Below, piece by piece: positions 1 to 8,134 of a stretch of DNA of 32,000 nucleotides. A model generated the notes under the pieces. It made no database searches. It was not told the origin of the DNA and worked only from the letters and a program-made list of their open reading frames with translations. The stretch's first letter is position 1, and each line of letters opens with the position of its first letter. This stretch comes from Candidatus Hermodarchaeota archaeon (GTDB lineage Archaea; Asgardarchaeota; Heimdallarchaeia; Hodarchaeales; Hodarchaeaceae): positions 201,245 through 233,244 of the forward strand of contig JBHLKY010000006.1 of the NCBI GenBank assembly GCA_048886185.1, in the 5' to 3' direction. The position numbers and the translations under genes were made by a program.

Positions 1-1332
1 TATTATGTTGTTCTTAGAATCTAGAAAATCATGGAGGTTCATTTTGAATTCAGAGGATATTTTTCGTTTTATCTCTTGTAGGTCATGTGAAAGCTGTTTA
101 ACTTCTTCATCTAATACCTTTTGAAGTTCATTAAGCCCAATTTCGGTTGCTTGTACAATTTCAGTCTCTGTTTCATCCAAGGTACTATTTATTCCATTAA
201 TTTTCTCTAAGACCACTATACGTTCTCTAAGCACCTGTTGAATCGCTTTTCTATCTCGTTCTACTCCCATTAAATTTGAAATAAATGTTTCCTTTCCTTT
301 AAACAATTTTCTACTCTGGATATCGTCGATTGAATGTAATATCAATGGTTCCATATTATCAAGTGTTTTATCAAGTGTTTTAAATAAATCTCCCATTGAA
401 TCATCTATTTCCTTGTAGCTTTGTCTTATTTCAAGAAATTTTGACTTTTTTTGAACTGCATTCGATAGAAGGGTCTCAAGAAGAGAGTTTATCCTTTTCA
501 CTTTTTCTTCAAAGGTCTCTTGTATTTCAGTGCGATCACTGTCAAATCTATTAATTACCTCATTAACACTTGTAGAATGTTCCCTAAAATCATTATGGAT
601 TGTATCTTTTAACGAGGTAAAATTTATCTTATATTCTCCTTTGTAATTTTTAATATCATCCTTTGTTGTTTGGGATATTATACTAAATTTTTGACTCATT
701 TTCGCTGTGTAAGGATCGAACACTCCTGGGATTTTCTTTAATTTCAATATATTTACTTCTATTATGTCCTCATTCAACTTTTTCAATTGTGCTATTGCCA
801 GCTGAACCTTATCGTTCAGTTCCTCAAGGATCATCTGTGTTTTATCCTCTGAAGATTCAATAACCCATTTTAAATCATTTATTAGCTTTTTAAAATTCAT
901 GTTGATAGGAGCCAGACCCTGAGTAAAATCATCTTCAAGTTTTGATGTGTGCATCTGAATAGTTGCTGCTGTTTCAGCAAATAAATCAGAAAATTGTCTC
1001 GCCTGCACCTGAAAGGCATTTGATGATTCTTTTCTAATATTAACAAGAGTAATAGGATCATAAGCAAGGAAAAATGCCTTCAAATATGGTTCCAAGGCAA
1101 TGTAACGTCCAACTTTTCCTGGTATTCTTTTAGCTAATTTACTGCCCACTAGAACTTGGAGGGCTTCTTGGGTTGTTATGTAATCTAAGCCTGATAGTAA
1201 ACTGACTTGCCCAAGAGTTGCCATACCTAAAGAAAGTAAGCTTAAGTATACTTTCCCCTGATCTTCATCGATTAACCCAAGTATTGGAAGAATATCCTTA
1301 ATTTCTTCTGAAGAAATCGTCAGTCCGACCAT
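1..1332 (-). CDS. TrmB-like N-terminal winged-HTH fused to a long coiled-coil (3' end runs off the window)
   Basis: Not in the ORF track. Read manually from ATG at 1332: MVGLTISSEEIKDILPILGLIDEDQGKVYLSLLSLGMATLGQVSLLSGLDYITTQEALQVLVGSKLAKRIPGKVGRYIALEP..., a TrmB HTH pattern (LGL..E.KVY.SLL..G.AT..G.P.RY.A..P). About 350 aa of E/K/L/I-rich heptad sequence follow, and the frame is open to base 1. Confidence 0.8.
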   Translation of the reverse strand, partial: MVGLTISSEEIKDILPILGLIDEDQGKVYLSLLSLGMATLGQVSLLSGLDYITTQEALQVLVGSKLAKRIPGKVGRYIALEPYLKAFFLAYDPITLVNIRKESSNAFQVQARQFSDLFAETAATIQMHTSKLEDDFTQGLAPINMNFKKLINDLKWVIESSEDKTQMILEELNDKVQLAIAQLKKLNEDIIEVNILKLKKIPGVFDPYTAKMSQKFSIISQTTKDDIKNYKGEYKINFTSLKDTIHNDFREHSTSVNEVINRFDSDRTEIQETFEEKVKRINSLLETLLSNAVQKKSKFLEIRQSYKEIDDSMGDLFKTLDKTLDNMEPLILHSIDDIQSRKLFKGKETFISNLMGVERDRKAIQQVLRERIVVLEKINGINSTLDETETEIVQATEIGLNELQKVLDEEVKQLSHDLQEIKRKISSEFKMNLHDFLDSKNNII

Positions 1333-2018
1333 TATCTTTACTTTCCAGTTTTAATAATCATTAAATTCTGAATTAATGATAATCATTATCTCAAATGAAA
1401 GTGTTGTGATTTTTCAAAATTTTGAAGGTATATATAGAACTCATGTATTCACTTCCTGCGGATGATATAAGACATACTTTATTCTCTATTCACTAATCCT
1501 TTCATTATATATATTATTTCAGGTATCTAGTTACTCATTGAAACATGAATAAAGGCTTAGGGAGGATGATTTGGCGGAATGTCAAAACTATGTTGGGTAA
1601 TAATATTGAAAGAAGGAAGTTAAATTTATTTTTCCAATATTCTTAATGGATACGAGAAATTTTAATTTGTGAAATATAGTCAGACCCGATTATATAGTGT
1701 CATCAAGGATATAGGAGGAAGGTATCAAGTCTATCAACCGTATTATCTTATCGGAGAAATTCTAGTGGAAAATAATTTCCTCTCCCTGATTTTCAACTCT
1801 GAGGGGAGTAAATTCTTAAGAATCATATGAAAATACATGGAATATAGAATAGTAGCCTTCAGCATTCAGAATGGTTTGGAAGTGTTTAAAAAATAATCGA
1901 AAGAATGAGCTCATAACAGTATTTAAGTATCTAATTTCTACTCCTGTTATTTAAAAACCTCACAATTTTTAAAATCCAGAAAACGAATGCAAATAGGAGC
2001 TGACTACAACTGCTACTT

Positions 2019-2573
2019 ATGAAAATCTGTTTGCTAGGAGACGGTGCAGTAGGGAAAACTGCTTTACGTGAACGGTATTTGGGCAAGCAATTCTCTAGTG
2101 GGTATGTGATGACAATAGGTGCAGACTTCGCTGTTAAGAAAACAAGAATAACGACAGAGGAAGGAGAAAAAGAAGTCAAATTTCAAATTTGGGATCTTGC
2201 AGGGCAGCCACGTTTCAATAGTGTCAGAGAACTTTACTATAAAGGTTCCCATGGAGGTTTACTAGTATTTGATATCACCCGACGAGATTCTTTTACCAAT
2301 TTAAACGCTTGGATAGATGAACTTTACAAAAATTCTGGAAGAGGAGCGATACCAGTCGCAGTATTGGGTAATAAGGTGGATTTAAGAGCTGACGTTGATG
2401 ATTACGTCACCAGAGATGAAGCCTTAAAATATACTGAAAATCTAAAGAATAAATTTCAGTTTAATTGTAATATACCTTATTTAGAGACCTCAGCCAAAAC
2501 AGGCGAAAATGTTGATGAATCTTTCATTAATTTAGCTTCTAGCATTAGATTATTCTTAACGCAACTGAAATAA
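2019..2573 (+). CDS. Rab-like small GTPase
   Basis: G1 GDGAVGKT, G2 TIGADF, G3 WDLAGQ, G4 NKVD, G5 ETSAK. RabF-like motifs IGADF, KFQIW, RFNSVR, YYKG and LVFDIT. An in-frame CTG at 2010 behind AGGAG is an alternative start. Confidence 0.93.
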   Translation: MKICLLGDGAVGKTALRERYLGKQFSSGYVMTIGADFAVKKTRITTEEGEKEVKFQIWDLAGQPRFNSVRELYYKGSHGGLLVFDITRRDSFTNLNAWIDELYKNSGRGAIPVAVLGNKVDLRADVDDYVTRDEALKYTENLKNKFQFNCNIPYLETSAKTGENVDESFINLASSIRLFLTQLK

Positions 2574-2597
2574 CTCATATTTGAGAGCGACATCCGA

Positions 2598-3161
2598 TTG
2601 GTCACTATTCTTCGAATTGGTCATCGTATAAAGCGAGATAAAAGGATAACAACACACCTAGCTCTTGTAGCTAGAGCTTTTGGAGCAGCTCGGTTAATTA
2701 TTGCTGGGGATGAGGATATAAAACTAATCAAATCGATTCAGAAGGTTAATTTGGAATGGGGGGGAAATTTCCAACTTAAAATGATTCCATATGACGAATG
2801 GAAGACTTTTGTAGAGGAATGGGGAAATGATGAAAATCATAAGATTGTTCATCTTACAATGTATGGAGAAAATCTTTCAAACTTTGAGCAATTAGAGGCC
2901 TTCAATAAAATAGAAAAACATTTAGAGAACTTATTAATTATTGTTGGGGGAAAAAAAATTCCCGGGAAAATTTTTCAATACGCAGATTGGAACATTGCAA
3001 TTTCAAACCAACCACATTCGGAAGTTAGTTCTCTCGCAGTTTTTTTAGACCATATCAACTCAAATGCTTTACAGATTAATTACCCAAATGCTCTCAAACA
3101 GATCATTCCTTCATTAGAAGGAAAAAAAGGATACATTGGAAATCAACACAATGGTGATTAG
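2598..3161 (+). CDS. trm56: tRNA (cytidine(56)-2'-O)-methyltransferase (archaeal SPOUT)
   Basis: Signature LRIGHR..RDKRITTH.ALVARAFGA, VHLTMYG, IVGGKK.P, ISNQPHSEVSSLAVFLD; TTG start. Confidence 0.95.
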   Translation: MVTILRIGHRIKRDKRITTHLALVARAFGAARLIIAGDEDIKLIKSIQKVNLEWGGNFQLKMIPYDEWKTFVEEWGNDENHKIVHLTMYGENLSNFEQLEAFNKIEKHLENLLIIVGGKKIPGKIFQYADWNIAISNQPHSEVSSLAVFLDHINSNALQINYPNALKQIIPSLEGKKGYIGNQHNGD

Positions 3162-3681
3162 AAAGAAAAACCAGATTGGCCTAATTGGTGACTCACAAAT
3201 CCGCTCAAAATTCCAGTATGAACTCTGTTATGAGATTGGTAGAGAAATTGCCAATTCAGACGCGATTCTCATATGTGGGGGGAGAGGAGGTGTGATGGAT
3301 GCTGCTTGTAAAGGTGTTTATGATGCAGGGGGAATTTCTGTTGGTATTCTACCAACAGATGAAAGAGATCCTGAAGTTAATCAATATACAACAATAAAAA
3401 TACCCACGTTTTTATATTGGGCGCGAAATGCCTTAGTGCCTTTAGCTTCAGATGGTGTGATTGCTTGTGGAGGAAGGGCAGGTACTCTGAGCGAGTTAGC
3501 ATTCACTTGTATTTATCAAAAACCCCTTGTTTGTATTACCACTATTCCAGGTTGGAGCAAAGAGATCGGTGAGCGTGGATTTATTGAACAACGAAGTTCC
3601 AAAGTACAAATCATGACAGCAAAAACAGCAAAAGACGCTGTTAAAAAAGTTCTTGAAGCCATTTCACTGTTTAAACAATGA
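3151..3681 (+). CDS. LOG/SLOG-family Rossmann-fold protein (TIGR00725-like)
   Basis: IGLIGDS...LICGGRGGVMDAACKG...GGISVGILP, ARN, GGRAGTLSELA. ATG at 3151 is preferred over the track start at 3136 (smaller overlap with trm56). Confidence 0.85.
   Translation: MVIRKKNQIGLIGDSQIRSKFQYELCYEIGREIANSDAILICGGRGGVMDAACKGVYDAGGISVGILPTDERDPEVNQYTTIKIPTFLYWARNALVPLASDGVIACGGRAGTLSELAFTCIYQKPLVCITTIPGWSKEIGERGFIEQRSSKVQIMTAKTAKDAVKKVLEAISLFKQ
3664..3681. repeat. 18-bp near-perfect palindrome formed by a tail-to-tail gene overlap
   Basis: tcactgtttaaacaatga; reverse complement tcattgtttaaacagtga. Both strands read S-L-F-K-Q-stop. Confidence 0.95.
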
Positions 3682-4485
3682 GAAAAGTCCAGAACTGGGT
3701 TTTTTGTGTAGAATTTCCGAAATACCCTCACATAATGCTTTTAATAACCCATCTTTTTTTGGATTGATAAAATCAGGGTAATCAGTTACTATAAAATGAA
3801 ACTCAGATTCATCAGATGCCTGTACCGCATCAAATATTCTATTAGCAATCTCAAGATAGATTTTATCATCTGACTCAATTGGTTCCTCTATCTTAAGATA
3901 CTGTCCACAGTCTTCGATTTCGTAAGCATTAATTTCAGCTAAGGTTAAATATGTTCTCATTTTTGGAGATAGAACGGATAAAGTTTTGCTCCAAGAGTAC
4001 AAAGTTTCAAAACATAATACATAATCCTTTTTGTAACATAACAATCCTGCATAACAATAATAAAGGGAAGAAATTACTTCATAAGGATAGTTGGCTTCAA
4101 GAATCAGACTTTGTAATTGTGAAAGGAATTCTGACCTCTGAAAAACCTTTTCTATTATAATTCGATTACAAATTGTCTGGACACAACTATCAAGAGAGGC
4201 TTTCGTCAATTCTACTAAAGATTCGGAGATTAATTCAGCATAAGCCCGTTCATTAACTTTCTGACTAGTCCTCATTATAAGAACAAGGACTAATTCACAA
4301 GCAAGCCTTTTTTGATTTCCAGAAGTAAAAAGAGGTACCGCCTTTGAAATTACTACTTTAGCTTGATCAGGTTTACCATAACGAAATGCTCTTTGAATAG
4401 CTCCTTGTAACATTTGAAAACCATCAAACCAATGTCCATTTTTGATTTCATCTAGTCCTCTGCTTATCCAAGGATCTGTTATCAT
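3664..4485 (-). CDS. All-alpha helical-repeat protein resembling Get4/TRC35
   Basis: 273 aa from ATG 4485, with SD AGGAG 7 nt upstream. By-eye collinear similarity to Get4 N-terminal, middle and C-terminal motifs (see findings). The CDS is confident; the Get4 identity is inferred. Confidence 0.65.
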   Translation of the reverse strand: MITDPWISRGLDEIKNGHWFDGFQMLQGAIQRAFRYGKPDQAKVVISKAVPLFTSGNQKRLACELVLVLIMRTSQKVNERAYAELISESLVELTKASLDSCVQTICNRIIIEKVFQRSEFLSQLQSLILEANYPYEVISSLYYCYAGLLCYKKDYVLCFETLYSWSKTLSVLSPKMRTYLTLAEINAYEIEDCGQYLKIEEPIESDDKIYLEIANRIFDAVQASDESEFHFIVTDYPDFINPKKDGLLKALCEGISEILHKKPSSGLFSLFKQ

Positions 4486-4696
4486 TTTTGTTCTCCTATT
4501 ATGCCAGATTCTGTATTCTTGAGGGATTTTTAGGATCAGCATTTTCTAAAAGAAAACAGTCCACTATGTTCTACCTCTGGTTATACATTTAGTTAAAGAT
4601 CTTCATTTTAACAAAATTAATGACGAGTTCAAAAAGTATTACCAAAGAAGAATTGAGACATTTTATCAATAAGGACTTTAAGACATAAAGAGAACT

Positions 4697-4721
4697 TAGT
4701 TTGATTAGACTAATCATACTA
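4697..4721. promoter_or_regulatory. 25-bp imperfect palindrome, candidate operator in a divergent intergenic region
   Basis: TAGT-T-TGATTAG-A-CTAATCA-T-ACTA: 11 of 12 arm positions pair. Function is inferred. Confidence 0.4.
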
Positions 4722-5092
4722 GAACTGTGATGATCCTCAACATTCGGAGTATTATATCTTGATTTAATGATATAATGCCTAAACACCTAATCGTTAATAA
4801 TTTAAAACAATATTTTATCAAGGTTTTCTTTTTTAACTGCTTATAGGTTAATCCTCAAAACCTAAATGATAACTGGAAAACTGACAATCTTTCTGAACTA
4901 AGGATTAATGAATTCTAGAGAAAATTTAAATGGATACCAAAGTCTAAAGCTGAACATAGTATTTCTTTACTTAATAAGTTAAGATTTTAAAATACCGCGC
5001 GAATAGCCAAATATATTATAGTTAAATGTATTTAATTAACAAGAACAATCAAGCTTTATAAAATCGTAAAGGGTACAAAGTGTGGATAAGCC

Positions 5093-6046
5093 TTGAGCGA
5101 CTCGGAATATGTTAAGAAATGGTCTGTAGAAGATGATGGCACTTTAACTCCCGTCTCTCTTTCCTCAACATCAGATCTTGCTAATGATAACGTTTTCATA
5201 ATTGTAGATGAAAATGCACGCAAAATCTTCATTTGGAAGGGGGAGAAAGCACCTGTAAGGAGAAAATTCATTTCAGCAAAATCTGCGCAACAAATGAGAG
5301 CTGAGGAGTATGGAATGGTCTACAGGATAGAAAGCCTTGATCCAGGGCTTGAAGGTGCTGATTTTCTCGCGATATTTGGGGAAACAGTTAGACCCGATGA
5401 AACAACAACAGCAGCAGGCTCAGAATCAGAGGTTTATGTCAAACCAGTAACAGCCACAACACATGCGCCAACAGCAGCGCCAGCTCGCGCCCCAACAGCA
5501 GCCCCAGCTCGCACCCCAGCAGCAGCGCCAACTCGCGCCCCAACAGCAGCGCCAACTCGCGCGCCAACAGCAGCACCAGCTCGCGCCCCAATAGCAACAA
5601 CAACTCATGCCCCTGCAGCAGTTCCAACCCCTAAACAAGCTCCGACACCAGCTCATGCATCAAAAGTTGTAAAAGAAACTGAAGTCGTAGTAACTGAACC
5701 TGTTAAAGTTATTACGCCTACAACGCTTGAGGAAGTATCTATAAAACTTAAGGACATAGAAATACCTGATAATATGGAACGTGAAATCATCATTATTGGT
5801 AACTTGGTTTTTTCTGTTATCAAAGAACATTTAGCTCTTTTTGCAAAAGATGTTGTTAAGTTAGAACCAATGGATGATCTCCCCTCAGGAATTTTCCCTG
5901 CTGCAGATTATCAAGTACGATTATTTATAGAAAATGGAAGAGTTATCTTTACAGAACTTCTTAGACAAAAAACACGATCAGAGAGAGAAGAATTCATTGA
6001 TGATATGCGTAAATCTCTCCAAGATTTATCAAAGATGGGAATTTAA
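5093..6046 (+). CDS. Asgard gelsolin-domain protein (1DGelX-like: gelsolin domain + Pro/Ala/Thr linker + C-terminal 'X' domain)
   Basis: N-terminal ...DNVFIIVDENARKIFIWKGEKAPVRRKFISAKSAQ...DPGLEGADFLAIFG fits the gelsolin/villin repeat. C-terminal IPDNMEREIIIIGNLVFSV...LEPMDDLPSGIF...YQVRLFIENGRV resembles the Asgard domain X as I recall it. TTG start. Confidence 0.8.
   Translation: MSDSEYVKKWSVEDDGTLTPVSLSSTSDLANDNVFIIVDENARKIFIWKGEKAPVRRKFISAKSAQQMRAEEYGMVYRIESLDPGLEGADFLAIFGETVRPDETTTAAGSESEVYVKPVTATTHAPTAAPARAPTAAPARTPAAAPTRAPTAAPTRAPTAAPARAPIATTTHAPAAVPTPKQAPTPAHASKVVKETEVVVTEPVKVITPTTLEEVSIKLKDIEIPDNMEREIIIIGNLVFSVIKEHLALFAKDVVKLEPMDDLPSGIFPAADYQVRLFIENGRVIFTELLRQKTRSEREEFIDDMRKSLQDLSKMGI
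5462..5629 (+). repeat. Intragenic 24-nt tandem repeat, about 7 units, encoding (R/H)APTAAP(A/T)
   Basis: Units such as cgcgccccaacagcagcgccaact read HAPTAAPA RAPTAAPA RTPAAAPT RAPTAAPT RAPTAAPA RAPIATTT HAPAAVPT. Much higher GC than the flanks. Confidence 0.95.
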
Positions 6047-6068
6047 GTGATTATTTGGAGAACCTAAA

Positions 6069-6605
6069 GTGACCGATGAATATTTACTCAAAATTTGTGC
6101 TATTGGGTCAGGTAGTGTAGGTAAAACCTCGTTGATTAGGAGATTTGCAGAAGGGAAGTTTACTACAAACTATTTACCTACGCTAGGGGTAGATATTACA
6201 ACTAAACAGGTCCATGTAGATGGCAACAATGTTAAACTAATCCTTGTAGACACAGCAGGTCAAGAGTTTTTTGGTAAATTACGACCAAGCTATTATCGAG
6301 GGGCTTCTGCTTGTCTTATAATGTTTGCTCTTGATGAAAAATCCTCGTTTGATGCTATCCCTGACTGGCTAGCGGAGTTTCGGAAGCATATTCCTGAACC
6401 TGCAGTTCCAATTGCCTTAGCTGGAAACAAAAAAGATCTTGTTGATAAACGGCAAATCTCTACTGACGAAGCTCATTCATTGGCAAAAGACTATGACATG
6501 ACATATTATGAAACATCTGCAAAATTGGGTGGTGCTGAGATCGAAGAAATATTTGTTGGTTTAACAAGACGTGTCCTACAACAGAAACAAGAGAATATCG
6601 TTTAA
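6069..6605 (+). CDS. Rab-like small GTPase
   Basis: G1 GSGSVGKT, G2 TLGVD, G3 DTAGQE, YYRGA, G4 NKKD, G5 ETSAK; GTG start; no C-terminal Cys. Confidence 0.93.
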   Translation: MTDEYLLKICAIGSGSVGKTSLIRRFAEGKFTTNYLPTLGVDITTKQVHVDGNNVKLILVDTAGQEFFGKLRPSYYRGASACLIMFALDEKSSFDAIPDWLAEFRKHIPEPAVPIALAGNKKDLVDKRQISTDEAHSLAKDYDMTYYETSAKLGGAEIEEIFVGLTRRVLQQKQENIV

Positions 6606-6643
6606 AAATCATTTACATCGAATGAAAAACCCAGGGATTAACA

Positions 6644-7396
6644 ATGCAAGCAAACTCTGACTTTGAAGTCATAAAAAGAGACCATCAGGGTGTTCCAGTA
6701 GTTAAAATAGTGTTTTGGGGGCCGACTTTAGCTGGAAAGACTACTGCACTCACAATTACAAAGGTATTAAAGAGTCTGGAAGATCCAGAAAATGTGTACA
6801 AATTTCTAAAATTAGAAGATCCCACAGGAAGGACGTTGTTCTTCGATCAGGCCATTTTTGGAGTAGGAAGAACCTCGGCTGGATTACCCATTCTGAAGTA
6901 CCATCTTTTCACTGTTCCTGGTCAGGAGCGCCATGCTGGCCAACGAAAAGTTGTTTTACGCGGAGCACATGGATTAATTGTTGTCATTGATTCGGAAAAA
7001 ACTAGATGGGAAGAAAATAAGTTCTCTTTACAAGAAATTAACACTCTTGCTGGAGATAAGCTAACCAGCGGAGCTTTACCTTATCATATTATGCTGAATA
7101 AGATGGATCTCCCTAAAGAACAGCGAATATCATCCTTGGAAGTAGGGAAATTACTTAGTGAATCAGGAGTAGCTACAAGTCTAAGAGATGCAGCTGTTAG
7201 AATAGTTGAAGTGTCCTGTCTCGAAGCTAGGGATGACCTAAAGAAATTACTTTCAGAAAGCGATCGAAGCACGATTGTAGATGCCAATGGGAGATTAAAA
7301 AAAGAAATTCGTCCGCCAAGTGTTACTCGTGTTATTAAATCTGTTGAAAGTCTGATTCGTGAAATTATTATTCAGATGATGAAACAGCAAAGTTAA
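6644..7396 (+). CDS. mglA: MglA-family small GTPase
   Basis: KIVFWGPTLAGKTT, RTLFFD (MglA intrinsic Arg-finger segment), TVPGQ replacing DxxGQ, VLRGAHG, NKMDL. Confidence 0.85.
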   Translation: MQANSDFEVIKRDHQGVPVVKIVFWGPTLAGKTTALTITKVLKSLEDPENVYKFLKLEDPTGRTLFFDQAIFGVGRTSAGLPILKYHLFTVPGQERHAGQRKVVLRGAHGLIVVIDSEKTRWEENKFSLQEINTLAGDKLTSGALPYHIMLNKMDLPKEQRISSLEVGKLLSESGVATSLRDAAVRIVEVSCLEARDDLKKLLSESDRSTIVDANGRLKKEIRPPSVTRVIKSVESLIREIIIQMMKQQS

Positions 7397-7510
7397 TTGA
7401 ATCAATTGGTTGAGATCCTTATAGTCAATATAATCATGCGTTTCTCCTTTTTTCTCAGATGATATTTTCAAATTTTGGGCTAGAACTCTCTATAAGGAGA
7501 AAAAATTTAA

Positions 7511-8134
7511 ATGCGAATTTCTATAACAGATCCTAAGGTTATTCCGATCGCTGTAAAAGAGTTTCAAAAGGGGTCGATTGTAATCTTCCCAACGGATACA
7601 AGTTATGGATTGGGAACGGTCGGATTAAAGTGGAATGATAGGAACATAAGGCAAATCTATGACATCAAGTCGCGACCCCTTGATAACCCATTAAGTCTTC
7701 TCATTACTAAGGATATGTTAACAAACTTCGTAAAAATATCCTCACAGACTCAAGAGATTTTAGCAAAAGGCTGGCCTGGAGGACTTACAGTAGTTTTGAC
7801 TTGTAGATCCGAAACGTCTCAGATATTATCGTCATTAATAAACTCAAATAATCCACAAAAAATAGCCTTTCGTGTTCCTAGGCATGAGATATTACTAGAG
7901 ATCATTGACAAAGTAGGTAGTCCAATCATTGGAACCTCAGCAAATAAATCGGGTTCAAAGCCGAAGTATGATCTCATCTCAATATTCAACGAGTTATCCA
8001 CAGAAAAAGTTCATCTTTGGATAGATGGTGGAAAATTACCTGAAAATCCCCCGTCAACAGTGATTGATCTAACGAATCCGTTGAAACCTATTCTTCTACG
8101 AAGAGGAAGTGTTTCTATTGAAAAGATTTTTTGA
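7511..8134 (+). CDS. tsaC: L-threonylcarbamoyladenylate synthase (single-domain YrdC/TsaC type)
   Basis: IVIFPTDTSYGLG, IKSRPLDNPL, WPGGLTVVL, AFRVP, GTSANKSG, PSTVIDL, LRRG. No Sua5 C-terminal domain. Confidence 0.93.
   Translation: MRISITDPKVIPIAVKEFQKGSIVIFPTDTSYGLGTVGLKWNDRNIRQIYDIKSRPLDNPLSLLITKDMLTNFVKISSQTQEILAKGWPGGLTVVLTCRSETSQILSSLINSNNPQKIAFRVPRHEILLEIIDKVGSPIIGTSANKSGSKPKYDLISIFNELSTEKVHLWIDGGKLPENPPSTVIDLTNPLKPILLRRGSVSIEKIF

Noticed and set aside
3664-4485. Alpha/gamma-SNAP as an alternative identity
   Set aside because: The C-terminal helix bundle loosely resembles SNAP, but the N-terminal, middle and tail motifs fit Get4 better. It is not fully excluded without a structure search.
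4589-4786. 65-aa minus-strand ORF, and a C/D-box sRNA starting at GTGATGA (4727)
   Set aside because: The ORF has no SD or motif and low complexity. The C box and a possible D' (CGGA) exist, but there is no canonical terminal CTGA D box.
5426-5656. Cys/Trp-rich and Leu-rich minus-strand ORFs (5426..5656, 5439..5627)
   Set aside because: They are antisense shadows of the GC-rich tandem repeat in the gelsolin gene.
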